This document shows, one piece after another, positions 59,908 through 64,000 of a stretch of DNA of 64,000 nt. The position numbers were made by a program, and so were the translations under genes. The notes under the pieces were generated by a model. That model saw only the letters and a program-made list of their open reading frames with translations. It ran no database searches and had not been told where the DNA came from. This DNA is from Ascidiella aspersa (lineage: Eukaryota): NCBI GenBank assembly GCA_963924565.1, contig OZ004607.1:30070001-30134000 (forward strand). Direction: 5' to 3'. Each line of letters opens with the position of its first letter. Within the stretch, counting starts at the first letter, position 1.

Positions 59908-60127
59908 TTTGAGTTATGGTCAAAACTATGAGAGGGTTTTTGAAGACCCTTTTTTTCGCCCAAAACAGTCTTACACAGACCAACCAAAACCAATACGGGG
60001 TCAAATATGTGGATGAACTCTCTGCAAAGGAAATTATGGGCCTGATGAGTTCAAACAATATTTCCTACGAGAATCTACGTTTTGCGGTTGATTATGATAT
60101 TTTTGTTTTTATGCTTGTAACTTATAA
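59908..60127 (+). pseudogene. Second copy of the methyltransferase 3' fragment (within segmental duplication)
   Basis: Nearly identical to 41460-41679 at offset 18448. Confidence 0.85.
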
Positions 60128-60193
60128 ACACATTTACGTATTTCTGCATTGCTTGTTTGGTAATTTGAACTGATTTTAAAAGAGTCATTGTAT

Positions 60194-62526
60194 CACTGGC
60201 CAACCAAAAAATCTTGGCATGAAAGGTAAGAACGATTTTAGAATATATCAGGGGCGCTGAGTTCGAAAATCCCATTAGTTTTTTCAAATTGGCTCTAGCT
60301 TTTGAAATATCAGCAAATTTTAGATAAATTTGGTACCTTGCATTTTATCTTAAGCAACAGCCTATATGTTAAATGTTAAAGTACCGTATACACTAAAACC
60401 ACAACAATGAGCAAAAGGTAAAGGTACAATAAGATAAGATAAAAAAGTACTTCGTAAATCTATTCTTTTCCATATATTCAACACGAAAAATACCCCATTT
60501 AATCGTATTTTCCACTGATTCTCTTAACATATTACAATTTGTGAAACCAAGCTTCCTATACCACATTCAAACTTGCTTGAAGTGAGCAATAATATAACAG
60601 TAATTTGGTAATAACCAACCAAGTATGCCTAAGCCTGCACAAGAAAGACGACAGTTTGTAAAAATATTTTCCACGGAATATTTAGATGTTAGAGCAAAAC
60701 AGTTCAATATATTCATCTGAGGATGTGCACTAGTGAAGTTCTTAGAAGCAACCTTAGTTATTTACTCGAATTAGCTTAAGGTCATCTGCAGGAAAGCCTT
60801 CTTGTACAACCCCATTTGATGTACAATGGAGGTGATGATGCAATCACGACCGATCAAAGGTTCATTTACAATGTTTTTATCTCCGTGCACAAGCTGTGTT
60901 CACGTATGGGCCATTCCTTTTAATTCAGCGTTGATCAGTGGACGGACTATCCAAGTAACAAATAAAGCAGGGATGCTTGGTGTAGCCGCCTTGTTGTACT
61001 AAGAGAAAGTTCAATATTTTCAAATCAACGCGAATATCTTCCAGTTGTGCTAAGTATAGGAAAGTTTCGTCAGAATCATGTTTACACTTTGGTAGTGTTT
61101 CTTTAAAACGACTGAGTGGCCAACTGGATGCAGACAAACTTATTTCAGTTGTGAAGTAGCCCACATTTAAAACTTTGGTTGGATCTATAAATAAATAACC
61201 TTCATTCTTCTGGTTCAAGTAAGCCTATAGATAAAAGTAGTCATTGTATGTAGTAAACTAAATTATCTTCTTGAGAAAAAATCGCATTACCATTTCTTCT
61301 CTGTCCTGGTAAAAAGTAAAGTTTGATGCCGAATCAAGAATATTATGATCACTAAGGCGGAGGTCAGCATTTAGCTATTTTCCCCACTTCTACCTATGTT
61401 ACGCACTAGCACAGGGGTCGGCAACCTTTCGTATACAGTGTGCCAATTTATAAATAATTTCAAAATATCAACAACTCGCGTGCCAAACATGTTCAATGTT
61501 TGGTTTTGCACTGGCGGAGTCGGTCCGGCCAAATGTGCAATTTCATTGAGTCCCGAGGCCGGATCAGTCTCTAGTCTTCAGCCTTATTTCACCGATTTAC
61601 GTAACTAAAATAAGATGGATTTTCAGCAATCCACTTATAAGGTTCACAGAAAATATGCCACCACATGCTATTCCACCTTCAAAATTTACTGTTTGCTGCC
61701 TTATTAGTTTCGAAATTTAGTACTGCGCATGCCGCACACGTCGGACTCGGGTAGTTTTACCTAGAGTCTTACTCGAGTCCCATCCGACTCCTTAGCGCTG
61801 CTGTAATCTGACATTTATTTTACGCATCTTGGGAGACGACAATAAACCTAAATTCAGAAGTTAAATTCTGTAAAGATACCCTAACCCTGCTGTAAATAAA
61901 ACTAACTGTCACGAACACACAACTGTACTCGCTACTTTGGAATATACTACGATACTTTTCAGTCGATACCTATAGAGGTGTTAACTGTTAGTTTCGCTTT
62001 TCGCTTGGTTTCTTAGTCGCGCAAAAACACACGTGCTTAATTTTAATGTAGAATGCCCTGCTTTAACGCAGTAAACATCACGCAAATTTTTAGGGCATCG
62101 TAATACGAACGGTGAGTCGTAAACAACAAGTTTAACGCCCACAAAAATAAGTTAAATACAACAGTTAAGACACTAAATTGTGACAGGAACGTTGCAGATC
62201 AAAAAAAAAATGGAATTGTGTGCAACCATTTATTTCGCGCTAGTGTTAGTGATGCGATAGTGGTGGTGTAATGGCTGTACTTTCTTAAGGTGATATAACG
62301 TGCGCGTTAAATCGTTTGGCGAGCCCGGGAAAATCATCTCGCGTGCCACTTTTGGCATGCACTAACATACATTTTTTAACGGTATATGTAGTAAGAAGCC
62401 ATATCTCAAACACTAGAGCCAACTCAGCAAAAATAATGGCAGTTTCGGACTCAGCGCCCCTGGTATACCCCTAAATTTATCAAACGCATCATGCCCTTTG
62501 AAAAAAATATTTTTTGTTGGCCTGTG
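60194..62526 (-). mobile_element. Duplicate of the Chapaev3-like element
   Basis: Same termini and remnant ORF (60925-61218). Confidence 0.7.
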
Positions 62527-64000
62527 AATTATTATTGCATGAACAAATAAATGTTTTTAATTTAAATTGCTTCTTATATTCCTTTTTTGTTTTTGCCTTT
62601 GATTTTGTTCATCTTGCCTTTTTGACAAACTGTTTTTTTAGTTTTATCACTGTTCGCTAAGTGTACATAAAAAATGTAGGGTAATGTTGTCCGTAATGGG
62701 ATACTTTTCTTTCAAATTATTATAGCTATAAATTATCACAGTGATATTTTAAAAGTTTATTGTCTGTCATAAACGCTTTGGCAATACTAGCTTTTGAGTA
62801 TTTAAATCGTCTTAAAAATACTTTGTTGTCTCCAGTCTTTACAAACCAAAGTTTCATATGATCGGACATTATGATTCGCAAGATTGGACAGAAATATCCT
62901 TTAATATAAATTGACCAATGTATTTCCCAAGGATTAAAACAACTTAAATTTTGTCCCTACAACAAATACCTTTAAACAAAATACCTCTCTTATACATTAA
63001 AACACACGGCGCAGGGCAAATCGTGTCTGTTTGTCTGTCTGTTTTGTACCGGTAGGGTACTTAATTTTAAAGTTAATTTTGTTTTACCCCGGATTGTTGT
63101 GTTTTCGTTTAATATTGTTTTACTGCTTTTGCATTTTGTCTTATAAACGTCTTTATACAGTGATCTGGGAGTTTTGACTAGACAATTAACTGTATGGCTA
63201 GTGAAAACGCATAGAAGCTTTAAATCATATATCGAATATCATTTCACACCAACTATATAATAAAGTTTTGCCGGTTAAAAACTTGGAACCAGTTGGCTCC
63301 TCGTTATTATTCTCCTTTTAGTATTATTCCAAAAAACTGGAATCCTTCAATCCGAGTATATCCACCATTTCCCCTGTTAAGTAGCCCCTAGTTACAAAAA
63401 AATAAATCATTTTCACTATGTTGACATCAATTCAAGTGGTAGCCTAATATAACCCAACGACATATAGTTTTGGGCTACCTATAATGGCACGTTGTTGTAA
63501 ACGCGATGTCCCGACTCAGGGAACGTCCCATATAGGGCAATATTCCCCTACTGAATTTATCTTTTTATATCTATGACGGCTGGTCAGTTAATTGGACACT
63601 GCATGCTGGCGACGTGGCAATGTGTATATCTCACTTTAGCCGGCCAATTATGTATAGTAATATGATATTTAGCCGAATTTGCAGTGAAGTCATGCCAGCC
63701 GCCCATAGCATATTGACTGACAAACAAATTTGTGGCATTTCGCTAGCCGGCCAATTCTTACTTTTAAGCGGTTGTATTTGGCTACCTGTTAAATTTTTAC
63801 AGTCATATTTAAATACAGTGATGGTAATATATAAACAGGGAAGTTTGTTGCATATAGTAAGTTATTCAGAACGTTCTACATTTCTTCATTAATATTATGA
63901 AGGAAAACCTACCAGTGTGCGCCCTTGTTTGTACGGGTTTTATCAGTAAAGTTAAACGAAAAACCTTTTAAAGTGTCCGGAAACCGTGTCATATATGCCA

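Larger units (their letters stand above)
58247..64000 (+). repeat. Segmental duplication, copy 2 (runs off the window end)
   Basis: Begins AGAAATTTGTGATAAGCG like 39988. Carries two segments (about 58567-58640 and 58689-58816) absent from copy 1. Confidence 0.97.

Overview
AT-rich eukaryotic genomic DNA with short spliceosomal introns and dense MITE insertions. It is probably an invertebrate chordate such as an ascidian; this is inferred from CYP sequence style and intron/MITE character, not proven. The window holds a tandem cluster of six cytochrome P450 CYP2-clan paralogs, labelled A-F here, that share one 9-exon layout (252/146/103/110/122/113/145/164/315-318 bp). B, D and E are complete and intact. 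C is complete but has a 1-bp frameshift in exon 2. A shows only exons 3-9, with exons 1-2 probably left of the window. F has intact exons 3-9 but no exons 1-2 and lies head-to-head with E. Embedded in the cluster are an intronless class I SAM methyltransferase, two truncated copies of it, and a decayed TNF-receptor-like gene that the ORF track cuts at a stop codon. A near-identical direct duplication with ~18.4 kb offset brackets CYP-E/F. Other notable structures are nested hAT-type MITEs, a Chapaev3-like transposon relic, an inverted copy of a splice acceptor inside CYP-D, two GC-AG introns in CYP-D and a 57-bp intronic hairpin in CYP-E. All exon coordinates were read by hand.
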